DNA of 64,000 nt from assembly GCA_030770535.1 (NCBI GenBank), contig JASVEC010000013.1, positions 558,001-622,000 on the forward strand, read 5' to 3'. Positions 52,038 to 63,494 of this stretch are shown in pieces; position 1 is the stretch's first letter; each line of letters starts with the position of its first letter. The notes under the pieces are model-generated. The model was not told the DNA's origin and made no database searches. It saw nothing but the letters and a program-made list of their open reading frames with translations. The stretch comes from Batkoa obscura (lineage: Eukaryota). The position numbers and the translations under genes were made by a program.

Positions 52038-54347
52038 ATGTTACTTTCAACTTCACAAAGTATATTACTTACTTCATTTACTCTGATAGCTACCTTTCAT
52101 AGTCAAAAAATTGATAGTGATAAAGAATTTTCATCTTTTGGTTTTAAAAAAGAAAATGGATTACAATGTCCTAGTTTAAGTTCTACTTGTAAAATGGGAT
52201 ATTATGATTATTATCCTAATCAATTTTCTGCTCCTGAATGTTGGTTAAAAACATTAAATGGTTATACATGTCATTATTTAGATGATTTAGGCTTAATTGA
52301 ATGTCCACCTTGTTATATTAATGTAGGCTTCTGTGGTTATCCTATTTTCAATAAAAATCAAACTACATCAGTATCTTCATCTCTACCTCTATCTCCACCC
52401 CCAATAAAAGAATCTCTAGATGTAATTGATAGTCCAAATGCTATTAAAAAACCAAATAAATGTCCAACTTCAGAAGATTCATGTAGTTATGATACTGGTA
52501 TTAAAGTTAAATTTACAAATTCAATGGTACCACAATGTTGGGGTTTATATAAATCAGAATATGTTTGTATTAAAAAAGAAAATAATAAATGTCCATTAGG
52601 ATATTTAGATATTAAATCTTGTTTAAATGATTCAACTAAATTATCTGATATCGATAATAATATCAATATTCCAAACAAATGTCCTACACAAGAAGATATT
52701 TGTTATTTTAATGGCGAAATACCAGTAACAGTAACAACTAAGAATGTCCCAAAATGTTGGAAAGCTACTCAAAGTGGTTATTTATGTGAAATGGGTAATA
52801 AAGGTCAATGTTCTCCAGGTTTTCAACATCTATCAAAATGTGGTTATAAAGATACTACAACCGATCCTTCAAATACAGAAATTATACCACAATATTGTCC
52901 TCCATTAAGTACTTCATGTACTTATTCACCCTTTGCTAACTTTAAATTAACGGATAAATCACCACCAGAATGTTGGTTAAGTACTGTTAGTGGTTATGCT
53001 TGTAAATATAAACGTGAATTAGAAGGTAAATGTCCAACAGGAACTATTGATACTACTCCATGTCGACCAGGAGTAATTACTGATGTTGATAATGAATTAA
53101 AATGTCCTAAAGAAACAATTAAATGTTTATATCGACAAACTTCATTATTTAGTTTAAATTCTCCCACTACTCCCGAATGTTGGGCTAAAACACCTAATGG
53201 TTATGTTTGTCGATATAAATCTGAATTGGGTGGTATTTGTCCATTAAATGTATTAGATATTAGTGTATGTAAAGGAGAAGAAACAGTAGCAGTTAACCCT
53301 AATTGTCCAAATAATGTGGATAAATGTAATTATAATAATTTAGGTTATTTTAGTGCTTTAAATCCAAAAGCTCCTGAATGTTGGATTAAAGGATCTAAAT
53401 CTTTTTATTGTCGATTTAAAAAAGATTTTAATGGGAAATGTCCTGATGGTGCAGTGGATGTAAGTACTTGTCCTGTTTTAACAACAAAAAGAATATGTCC
53501 TAAAGTAGATGATACATGTGTTTTTCAAAATACTAATATATTTCGATATACGGATTTTACTTTACCTGAATGTTGGGCTAAAGTAGAAGATAGATATCAA
53601 TGTCGTTATAAAGCGGAATTTAATGGTAAATGTCCTAATTTATCGATTGATATAACGGCCTGTGAAGTACCAATGGTATGTCCAAATTATAATGATAAAT
53701 GTAAAAACAATTTAGGTATTGATTATAAATTACAAGATGGATTTGCACCTGATTGCTGGAAGCGTGGTAAAACACAATATGAATGCAAAGGCAAAGGATT
53801 TTTGGGTACTACTTGTGAAGCTGGTTATCTTGATATAAAGACTTGTAATAGAGAACGTCCACCACCCCCTTGTCCAAATGGAACTAATAGTCAATGTGCT
53901 TATAATGAAAATTTAAGCTATTCATATTTAGATCCAAATGCCCCAACGTGTTGGATAATGGATAAAAAAAATCAATTTTACACGTGTAAATTTCAATTTG
54001 AGTTTAAAGAAAACAAATGTCCATATTCTTATCTAAATATTAGAGAACAATGTGCTAATCTACCAAAGGATGATAGGACTGAGGATGGTTATAGTGTTTG
54101 TCCAATGGCAGGTTCTAGATGTTTATATAATCAAAACGGGTTTATTTTATTGGGTACTCCACATGCGCCTGAGTGTTGGATTAATACTCCAAATGGTTTT
54201 GTTTGTAAATATAAATCAGAATTACCTAACTTTGAATGTAATGCTAATTCAATTGACATTACAAAATGTAGTAATCCTAAAGTTACTGACTCCTTTTTGG
54301 ATGAGGCTCAGTATTTTAATCCTTATTTAAAACCTATTCCTACTTAG
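52038..54347 (+). CDS. Secreted Cys-rich protein with ten ~56-aa six-cysteine repeats (769 aa from ATG 52038)
   Basis: Intronless ORF; signal-like MLLSTSQSILLTSFTLIATFHS; ten CP..C...PxCW...YxC...CP...D...C units. Confidence 0.9.
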   Translation: MLLSTSQSILLTSFTLIATFHSQKIDSDKEFSSFGFKKENGLQCPSLSSTCKMGYYDYYPNQFSAPECWLKTLNGYTCHYLDDLGLIECPPCYINVGFCGYPIFNKNQTTSVSSSLPLSPPPIKESLDVIDSPNAIKKPNKCPTSEDSCSYDTGIKVKFTNSMVPQCWGLYKSEYVCIKKENNKCPLGYLDIKSCLNDSTKLSDIDNNINIPNKCPTQEDICYFNGEIPVTVTTKNVPKCWKATQSGYLCEMGNKGQCSPGFQHLSKCGYKDTTTDPSNTEIIPQYCPPLSTSCTYSPFANFKLTDKSPPECWLSTVSGYACKYKRELEGKCPTGTIDTTPCRPGVITDVDNELKCPKETIKCLYRQTSLFSLNSPTTPECWAKTPNGYVCRYKSELGGICPLNVLDISVCKGEETVAVNPNCPNNVDKCNYNNLGYFSALNPKAPECWIKGSKSFYCRFKKDFNGKCPDGAVDVSTCPVLTTKRICPKVDDTCVFQNTNIFRYTDFTLPECWAKVEDRYQCRYKAEFNGKCPNLSIDITACEVPMVCPNYNDKCKNNLGIDYKLQDGFAPDCWKRGKTQYECKGKGFLGTTCEAGYLDIKTCNRERPPPPCPNGTNSQCAYNENLSYSYLDPNAPTCWIMDKKNQFYTCKFQFEFKENKCPYSYLNIREQCANLPKDDRTEDGYSVCPMAGSRCLYNQNGFILLGTPHAPECWINTPNGFVCKYKSELPNFECNANSIDITKCSNPKVTDSFLDEAQYFNPYLKPIPT

Positions 54348-54667
54348 TTTAATTATACGATATATGAATGTTATTGTTGATGGAATAAAATTTACTATTT
54401 ATTAAAATTATGTTATTTTGATATGTCGCCTTGTGTTTTATATGTTTAAAATATTAACTGGGAAATTTAACTAGTCAATATTAAGCCAATATTAGATTAT
54501 TAATATTGTTAATACGTTGTTATCGAACGGTTTTGTTTATGCATTACAAATCTCTATTTTAGTTATTATAGGTTTCTGGTTCAAATGGGATGCTCCTAAT
54601 GCGATTCTATGACCTTGTTCATCTTATTAAGAAACTCAGCGATAAAATAATATTTATTTGAGCATAT

Positions 54668-54765
54668 GGGGATGTATTTTTGTGTTTAAGAATTTTACTA
54701 ACAATTTTTCCACTTAAATAGCGCTTAAAAGATGTAAAAAGTGATGAAATTAAAAAAACATCCTC
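54668..54765 (+). mobile_element. MITE full copy (TSD ATAT)
   Basis: atat|ggggatg...aacatcctc|atat. Confidence 0.92.
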
Positions 54766-55463
54766 ATATAAAAGTTGAAATTAAAAAGTTATTGATGAAA
54801 AAAGTTGTTTATTTATTAACAATTCCTTTAATGCATTTTATAGTTGGACTACATAATACTAATAGCCTATACCTTTTTAAAGAATGTGTAAAACTCCAAT
54901 GATTTATCAATTCCAAGCAAAAAATAAATAAAAATTAAACAATATACTCAAAGTTTGTAGTTATTTTGTATACTTTTTTGCTTATAATTAATAGCTATCG
55001 GAGCTTTATTTATTTTTCAAAAAGGTGTATATTATTGCGATACAAGAGTAACGGATGATTAATGTAATAGTAATATTTATTATAATAGTAATTATTATTA
55101 TAACATAGAGTAAAAACGCATTTGAAGTGAAGGATTACTTCAAAAATAATCATGAAATGATTTAAATTAATGCATATTTTAGCAGATTTTAATGTACCAT
55201 TAAAAAAATTCAACTAACCAAATATATTTCAAACTCTAAAAAAGTAAATTTTATTAGTTAAATTTAGTGGCATGGCCTAAAGATTAATTTAACCGTCATT
55301 CAAGAAAAATATATGTGGTTTGACAACAATGTGTCAAAGCGAATTACAAAGTTACATTTTGATTAAAAAAATGGCTTACATCAACTTTACATTTAATATC
55401 AGCGCACAAAACCTATAAAAGATTCATACATTGATTACTAAACACATCATTAAAAAAATTCAA

Positions 55464-55507
55464 AAATTAAACTTAGAGCTAAATTAAACTTAGAGCTAAA
55501 TTAAACT
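55464..55507. repeat. 17-bp tandem repeat (about 2.5 copies)
   Basis: aaattaaacttagagct x2 followed by aaattaaact. Confidence 0.8.
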
Positions 55508-55804
55508 GAACAAAACAAAAGTATACTAATATCAATTATGATAAAAATAAAATTACTTCTATAAACACCCTATTGCTTTAACTTTATTTAATTTTAATTG
55601 TAAAGTCAAAAATAAATACTCTCAGCTTACATTGAAATTAAGGGAGCTTCAAAAATGCGGGACGGAGAAAAAAACAAAGGGATAAAACAAGCTATCTGTA
55701 AACCCTATCAAAACCAACATCCAGTTTCCAAAACAACTATAAAAACCAAATTATCCCCTACGATCCAAATTATCAATTCCCAATTTACAGCTCAATAGCA
55801 AACT

Positions 55805-56689
55805 ATGAAATTAGTTAACATTATCGCAATCACTGCTATTACTGGTATAACTTCACTTGACCTTTCCGATGTTACCAGCCTATATAATAAAGCAAGGCAA
55901 CTTAAAAGCTTATCCCAAAGCTTAAAACATCATGATGGTGGATACAGTGGCCATGCTCATTCAGGACTTTATCCAGGAGATGATAACAATTATGATGGTA
56001 GTAATAGTGGTTCTTATGGAGGAAGCTATGAAGGAGGAGGCAGTGGCTCTTATGGTGGTGGTAACGGTGGTTCTTATGGTGGTTCTTATGGTGGTGGTAA
56101 TGGTGGCTCTTATGGAGGAAATAACAATTATGGAGGAAGCTATAGTGGTGGTAATAGTGATTCTTATGGAGGAAATGATAACTATGGTGGTGGTAATGGT
56201 GGTTCTTATGGAGGAAATAATAACTATGGTGGTAGCAACAGTGGTTCATACGGAAGTGGTAGTAACAGTGATTCATATGGAAGCGGAAGAAACAGTGGGT
56301 CATATGGGAGTGGAAGCAATTATGGATCAAGTTCATCAAGTAGCTCATATGGAAGTGGCAATGGCCAATCCGAAACTTTTGGTACAAGATACGACGCGCT
56401 TGCTAATAGCCTAAGTGGAAAAGGTGGTTATGATGGAGATTACAATGGAGATAGCTATGGCACTTATGGTACTTATGGCACTTACGGTACATTTGGTCCA
56501 GATTATCATTTAGTTGCACGAAATTATCATAAAAACTGGAGTTCATGTAGAGAAGGTACTATGTTCTGTGACTACAATAGTGGAGGCTTCTATACTTGTG
56601 CTCAAGGTCGCTATGTCCTCCGTCAATGTGGACCAGGTACTCGTTGTCAACAACAAGCTCAAGACAATGTATTTTGTAATTATGCTTAA
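55805..56689 (+). CDS. Secreted Gly/Ser/Tyr/Asn-rich repeat protein with C-terminal CBM19-like Cys module, 294 aa
   Basis: Signal peptide; GGNGGSYGG and NSDSYG repeats; tail SCREGTMFCDYNSGGFYTCAQGRYVLRQCGPGTRC...C. Confidence 0.85.
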   Translation: MKLVNIIAITAITGITSLDLSDVTSLYNKARQLKSLSQSLKHHDGGYSGHAHSGLYPGDDNNYDGSNSGSYGGSYEGGGSGSYGGGNGGSYGGSYGGGNGGSYGGNNNYGGSYSGGNSDSYGGNDNYGGGNGGSYGGNNNYGGSNSGSYGSGSNSDSYGSGRNSGSYGSGSNYGSSSSSSSYGSGNGQSETFGTRYDALANSLSGKGGYDGDYNGDSYGTYGTYGTYGTFGPDYHLVARNYHKNWSSCREGTMFCDYNSGGFYTCAQGRYVLRQCGPGTRCQQQAQDNVFCNYA

Positions 56690-56865
56690 TAAAATATTAT
56701 TTATATGCTCTTATGAGCAGGAAAAGATTAAATGAGTTATATTATCTTGCTTTAAATTAAATTCAATAGGTTAGTTTTATATTATACATGTTATTTCAAA
56801 GCACTTTTTAAAGTCAAAAATGTTATTAAACCTTACAAACAAGTATATTTTTATTAATCACAAAT

Positions 56866-56964
56866 GGGGATGTATTTTTTTGTTTAATAATTTTACCAAC
56901 AATCTTTCCACTCAAATAGTGCTTAAAAAATGGAAAAAGTGATGAATCCGAAAAAAACATCCTC
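56866..56964 (+). mobile_element. MITE full copy (flanks AAAT/ATAT)
   Basis: aaat|ggggatg...aacatcctc|atat. Confidence 0.9.
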
Positions 56965-57569
56965 ATATAATAGCTAAAAATGTACATGTTTTTTTATTTG
57001 TTATAAAAGTTATTAAAAACGCTTCAGTTATTTAATACAAAGAATATGGTTTAACTATATAACACTAATTGTAAAACATAATGTATTTCGTGTTAAAATT
57101 ATTTCCTTAAGTTTAACAATATTATAACATCATAGTATGTGATATTGCAATTTTTAAGCTACTTGTTAAGTTCAATCATAGTTCAATTATAGTTCAATTA
57201 AGTAATAATAATTTAATTTTTGAGTTTGTTATGGAGGTGTGGAATCAAAGGGTGAACCAATACTTACAGAACTTAGTGATTAGGGTCACTACTGATCGAT
57301 CAAATCCTGACATGGACTTAGGGTAGACCAAGGAGTAGAGGCATATTTAGTCTGAGCAATTCTAGCTAGAGAGAACTCAAGTCTTATCAAGATTACGTTC
57401 ATAAACTTAAAGTTTAAATGCATTGTTTAATATAAAACCTATAAAAATAATTTTAAATTCACATGTTTAGAAACGTACTAAATATAAGTAGGACTGTTTT
57501 TAATTACTAATTGTTAAAAAGTTATCTTTCAAAGTTAACTTTAAAATTCAGGGATAACTTTGAGCATAT

Positions 57570-57664
57570 GGTGATGTTTTTTTGGCTTCATTTTTTCTAT
57601 CTTTTAAGCGCTATTTGAGCGGGAAAAGTGTTAGTAAAGTTATTAAACAAGAAAATACATCCCC
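57570..57664 (-). mobile_element. MITE full copy (TSD ATAT)
   Basis: atat|ggtgatg...tacatcccc|atat. Confidence 0.9.
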
Positions 57665-58084
57665 ATATCATGTTTAAAAATGACAGTATATAAAATGAAT
57701 AAAAAATCCCTACACTAATGATAGCATACACCAAAAAAATTGGAAAACAAAACTACTCAAAAGCATTGGCTATTAACAGTAAACTAAGCTGAACTAACTA
57801 AAAGTATACTAATATCAATTATGATAAAAATAAATTACTCCTATAAACACCTCAATGCTTTGATTTATAAATTTCAAACGGAAAGTCAAAAAATCCCTTC
57901 ATTTTATCTTGAAATTAAGGAGAACTAAAAAGCGGACGGAGAAAAAATAAACTAAAAAAAGAGATAAAATATCAACTTTATAAAACTTTAAAAATCTTAT
58001 ACAGCTTTCGAAATAAGTATAAAAACTAAATCAGAACAACAATTTTATTTATAAATTTACTATTTATAACAGCTCTTAACAAAA

Positions 58085-58735
58085 ATGAAGTTTATTAACA
58101 TTATCACAATCACTGCTATTACTGGCATATCTACACTTGATCTTTCCGATGTTACCAGCCTATATAATAAAGCAAGGGAGCTTAAAAGCTTATCCCAAAG
58201 CTTAAGACATCATAACGGTGGAGGTTCGTCAAGCGGCTCTTATGGAGGAGGTAACAATGGTTCATATGGAGGAGGTAATGGTGGCTCTTATGGAGGAGGT
58301 AGTAGTGGCTCTTATGGTGGAGGTAATAGTGGGTCACATGGTGGAGGTAACAGTGGGTCACATGGAGGAGATCACGATCATTCGGGAAGTCATGGTAGTA
58401 ATGGTGGCTCTTATGGAGGAAATAGCAACTATGGTGGAAGCTATGGTGGTAGCGGTTCTTACAGAGGAGGCAACGGTGACTCTTATGGAAGCAGAAGTAA
58501 CTATAGAGGGAGTAATAACAGAGATAGATATAGTTCATTTATCTCAGATCCTAGTTTAGCCCCAAAACCTTATCACAAAAACTGGAGCTCATGTAGAGAA
58601 GGTACTATGTTCTGTGACTACAATAGTGGAGGCTTCTATACTTGTGCTCAAGGTCGCTATGTCCTCCGTCAATGTGGACCAGGTACTCGTTGTCAACAAC
58701 AAGCTCAAGACAATGTGTTCTGTAACTATGCCTAA
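58085..58735 (+). CDS. Paralogous Gly-rich repeat protein with identical CBM19-like tail, 216 aa
   Basis: Signal peptide; GSYGGGN 8-aa repeats; C-terminal ~53 aa identical to the 55805-56689 protein. Confidence 0.85.
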   Translation: MKFINIITITAITGISTLDLSDVTSLYNKARELKSLSQSLRHHNGGGSSSGSYGGGNNGSYGGGNGGSYGGGSSGSYGGGNSGSHGGGNSGSHGGDHDHSGSHGSNGGSYGGNSNYGGSYGGSGSYRGGNGDSYGSRSNYRGSNNRDRYSSFISDPSLAPKPYHKNWSSCREGTMFCDYNSGGFYTCAQGRYVLRQCGPGTRCQQQAQDNVFCNYA

Positions 58736-59224
58736 TATAAAATATTATGTAAATATTTGTAACTGGAATGAAATTAAAATAATCTACACTATTTTATTAA
58801 ATTTTATGATTCAAGTTTTGGTTTTTGAGTTGTTTAGAAAACTCCTTGAGTAAAAAAACACTATTGAGCCTTCTAAATATAAGGTTAATCCTTTTAGTAT
58901 AGATAGATATAGAATAACACTCTTTTCTCTTTTAACGTCTAAAAAGTTCTTAAAACTGCTTATAATAGTTTACTACAAGTAAAACATCAACTTTGTTAGT
59001 ATAAAAATATGCCATAGTATTTCTAAGTACACAGTTTAGAGCTTTGGTTTTCTTTATGACATAAAGTGTAATCCTTTTCAAGGGTGCTTTTTAATCTACT
59101 ACCAAAGTAGTATAAAAAATCAATAAATCGAAAAAATAAAAATAATAAATCAAATAACTAATAAATTTATTATTGACTATTATTGATGAAACTAGAATAT
59201 ATTAAATAATTAATTAAAACCATG

Positions 59225-60207
59225 CTAACCATTTAACTCTGTATTAATAAACTTCCCCAAGCCATGAATATTTGTATACACCTAAAAACAATTAGCTTAA
59301 GCTTTTAGATAAAAAAACAAATTACCCCAGGCAAATTAGGGATAGCACAGCCAACTCCATATGAAATTATACCGATAAAATAGTATCTATTATTAGCCTC
59401 ATAAAACAAAGGACCTCCAGAATCACCAGAACAAGTATCTTGAAATCAAGTCATTTAGTAAAAAAATCAAATGAATTCAAACATCAAAATACCTTTCCCT
59501 TTATCATCAAAATAACCAGCACAAAATTGAGAGCTACGATTCAACTCAAGTGATGTTAAGTTTTTGTAATTATTATAACAGGTGTTAAAGTTCAGAACTG
59601 GTAATATAGTTTCCAATAAGATATTTGAGTTTTTTTCTTCGTCTTGAGTACGACCCCAACCAATTGCTTTTAATTTAATGCCTTCTTGGTTAGAAACAGA
59701 GTCGTTATCAATGCTCAAATTCATAGAGTAGGATGAATATTGCTCTTCGAATCTTTTACTAGTTTTAATAGTCCATATGGAGACTATATTTTTGTTAATA
59801 TATCTGATAATTGATATAAAAAAAGCTTTACCATCATTGCCAGTAGCAGCCTCACTATATTCTGGATGGTCAACCCTTTTAACCACATCAAAGCTTAATC
59901 CCTTTTCTTCACTTAAAGATTTTGATAGATCATGACGATGATAAATGATTGAAAATTGGCTATTGGAACCGAAATTACAATGTGCAGCGGTTAATACTTT
60001 ATTATATCTTATCAATACACCACCACATGAATGTCGATTTTTATATTGAATTGAAATCATAAATCTATATTTAAAACTTGGCTTCACTTGGTACCCGCCT
60101 AAGATTACCTTTTGCTTGCTTCTTATTATATTATTGAATAAGCCAGCAGTTGTTAAGTTTATTAGTAGTAGTTGGAGTATTGTAGTGTTGAGTAAGGACA
60201 GCTTCAT
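59225..60207 (-). CDS. Secreted trypsin-like serine protease (S1A), 4 exons
   Basis: ILGG; CGG; LTAAHC; ND|V catalytic Asp across intron 59784-59831; spliced [25 protein letters not shown] at 59225. Confidence 0.93.
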
Positions 60208-60521
60208 GGCTTTATTAATGATAACAAAGATTAAACTCTATTTCATATATTGTTTTAATTTTTTTATATGAAATTATTACATGTGTATTCTTACTTTTTT
60301 AAATTTTATTTAACCAATTAGACTAAAAAGCATAAAAATTATACTAGTAAACTTCAACTCGTGTTGAAGATTAAAAAAACTATAAACTCAAACCTGTTTT
60401 GTTAATTTACTATCAATAAACCATTTAATTTAATGCTATAACTGTTTATAATAATATAAATACCTTTCAAGTTTATTTTTACTTATCTTATTTTTCTCTT
60501 CATTGTTTATCTTTAGCCAAT

Positions 60522-61498
<977 letters not shown>

Positions 61499-62012
61499 AT
61501 TATTTTAATAAACTATTTTAGTTATTCTTTTTGATTGATCTATCATATTTTATTGTAATTAACATGTAGCATATTTTGAATGTAAAAAGGGGCTACTTGA
61601 GCCATTATATTCAATAAGGTGCGTTAACTCGTACCAGTAATAATGTTTGGTTTAAAGACAATGTATTTGTTTCGATTCTAAACAACCCATAGTCTATTTC
61701 ATCGTCTCTTGAAATTCTTTTTAAAATAAATACACAACCTAGCATGAAGATAAAGAATTGATATTCTTTTTCATATTATTAAGTTTAATTTATAAAAACA
61801 ACTTTTGAGCATATGAAATTGATTTAAAAGTATGTTTTATCCCTACTTCTTTAAAAGTAAAAAATGAGTTTGGGTTTAGCATATGATTGGTCAACAGAGG
61901 ATCAAAAATGAATTTCAACAAATAAACGGAATAACCATAAGAATTATTTATAGCCAATATGATTAAATCATGGTATTCTTAATAGAAATATCCCTGGAAA
62001 TTTATAAAATGA

Positions 62013-63494
62013 ATGATTTTTCCAAAGTATCTTTTTATTTCTTTTAAATCATTTGAAATGAACTCTACTTACCAAAATGCCATCTTCAACGGATATAATT
62101 TTGGGGTATATTCATCTTTAGGGGTGAAGAAGGAGTCGGTCGATCATTCAACAAGGAGCAAACAATTGCGCCAAAAATTAATTAACCATCAAAAAAATAA
62201 GCAGCTCCACTTTAGCTGTGAAGCTGTTAATGAAGCGCAACTTGTTGACACTCTATTCTTTGCCACCACTGTCAATGTTTCTGACAACTATTCTTATATT
62301 AATAATCAACCTAATTTTAGCTATTCAAAGTTCAATGAGTTAATTGATAACTCTCTTGCATCCGAAAATAATGTACTTGAAAGCACGCCCATATTTCTTA
62401 CTTTAAGCTTGGATTATGATAATATAGATATCTTGTCAATTAAGATTAGGCAGTCACTTGAAGAGGGTATTAGTGGGTTCATTGTCAATAGTTACATGGA
62501 AAAAGTGAGTTCCATAGGAAACATAGTGGTGTTAGTTCCAATCGCAACATTGGAAGAAATTATTATGAAAATACACAGTTTATCTAAGGATTATAATTCG
62601 GATCCTTTAATCATGATACGTACACATATAGCAGATAGTTATTTCATTTCAACCTTCAATCACATAAATGATAAAAAGTTAATACTGGGTGCTACTAATG
62701 AGGGCACTACCTATTATGAAACTATCCAGAATTATAAAAATAATATCAATGAAGGCAAATCCTTTTTAAATGATTTTTCACTCCCTTGGTCATTTCAAGC
62801 AGCTCCAATGACGTTTGAAAAAACACTTGAATATCATTTGAAAATTAAGACTAAGTCGTCTTCTAAAGCAAAGCAAATAAAAGAGAGCATTTTAAGTAAC
62901 AAAGGTGGAGATCCGTTCAAGAATGAGGACTACGTTAAAGATATGATTTCTGACTTTTATTGGAATCCTGAGGGTTGTAAAACAGAAGAAGGTTACTATC
63001 AAGTTGCAAATGATGTAGCATCCATCCACAATAGATTAATATCTTGTTTGAACATCAGTGATGGGGTTATTATAAGAAATGTGGGCGAATCAACACTTAC
63101 TAATATTGACATTATTGCTCAATTGTTAAAAAGAAACCATCCTGATATTTTACTCGGTTATGAATTTTCGAATTTAGATCCTTATTATTTATGTGACAAC
63201 AACTGTTACAATGTTATATTGGATTATGCAGAAGAATACAATAAAATGGGAATAAGCTGGCAAACTCTTTCTTGGTCGAATCAAATCAAATATAATATTC
63301 CTTATGATCCAAGACTGCGAACTATATTTTGCCATTTGATTTCCCAAGCACTGAGCTTAATGAAGCCAAGATTATTTGATATTAATAATCAAGCAAATGT
63401 CCTAAAAGACTCAATTATCCATGAACTCCGAAGAAGTTTAGTGCCTCAACTTATTGGGATTTATAATTACTTTGGACAAACCTTTTATTATTGA
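62013..63494 (+). CDS. Highly diverged isocitrate-lyase-family protein lacking catalytic motifs (start may be ATG 62058)
   Basis: Colinear ICL-like blocks: EEGISGFIV, VLVPI, LIMIRT, ILGATN, FYWNPEGCKTEEGYY, LGYEFS, MGISWQ. No KKCGH. Confidence 0.72.
   Translation: MIFPKYLFISFKSFEMNSTYQNAIFNGYNFGVYSSLGVKKESVDHSTRSKQLRQKLINHQKNKQLHFSCEAVNEAQLVDTLFFATTVNVSDNYSYINNQPNFSYSKFNELIDNSLASENNVLESTPIFLTLSLDYDNIDILSIKIRQSLEEGISGFIVNSYMEKVSSIGNIVVLVPIATLEEIIMKIHSLSKDYNSDPLIMIRTHIADSYFISTFNHINDKKLILGATNEGTTYYETIQNYKNNINEGKSFLNDFSLPWSFQAAPMTFEKTLEYHLKIKTKSSSKAKQIKESILSNKGGDPFKNEDYVKDMISDFYWNPEGCKTEEGYYQVANDVASIHNRLISCLNISDGVIIRNVGESTLTNIDIIAQLLKRNHPDILLGYEFSNLDPYYLCDNNCYNVILDYAEEYNKMGISWQTLSWSNQIKYNIPYDPRLRTIFCHLISQALSLMKPRLFDINNQANVLKDSIIHELRRSLVPQLIGIYNYFGQTFYY

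Noticed and set aside
15827..57664. Recurrent ~98-bp repeat as a CRISPR array or tRNA-derived SINE
   Set aside because: Copies are dispersed, in both orientations, with TIRs and TSDs. There are no regular spacers, cas genes, Pol III boxes or poly-A tails.
55902..58559. His-rich antisense ORFs and MVV/MEE-rich alternative-frame ORFs
   Set aside because: Shadow frames of the Gly-rich codon repeats (ggt/gga/tat).
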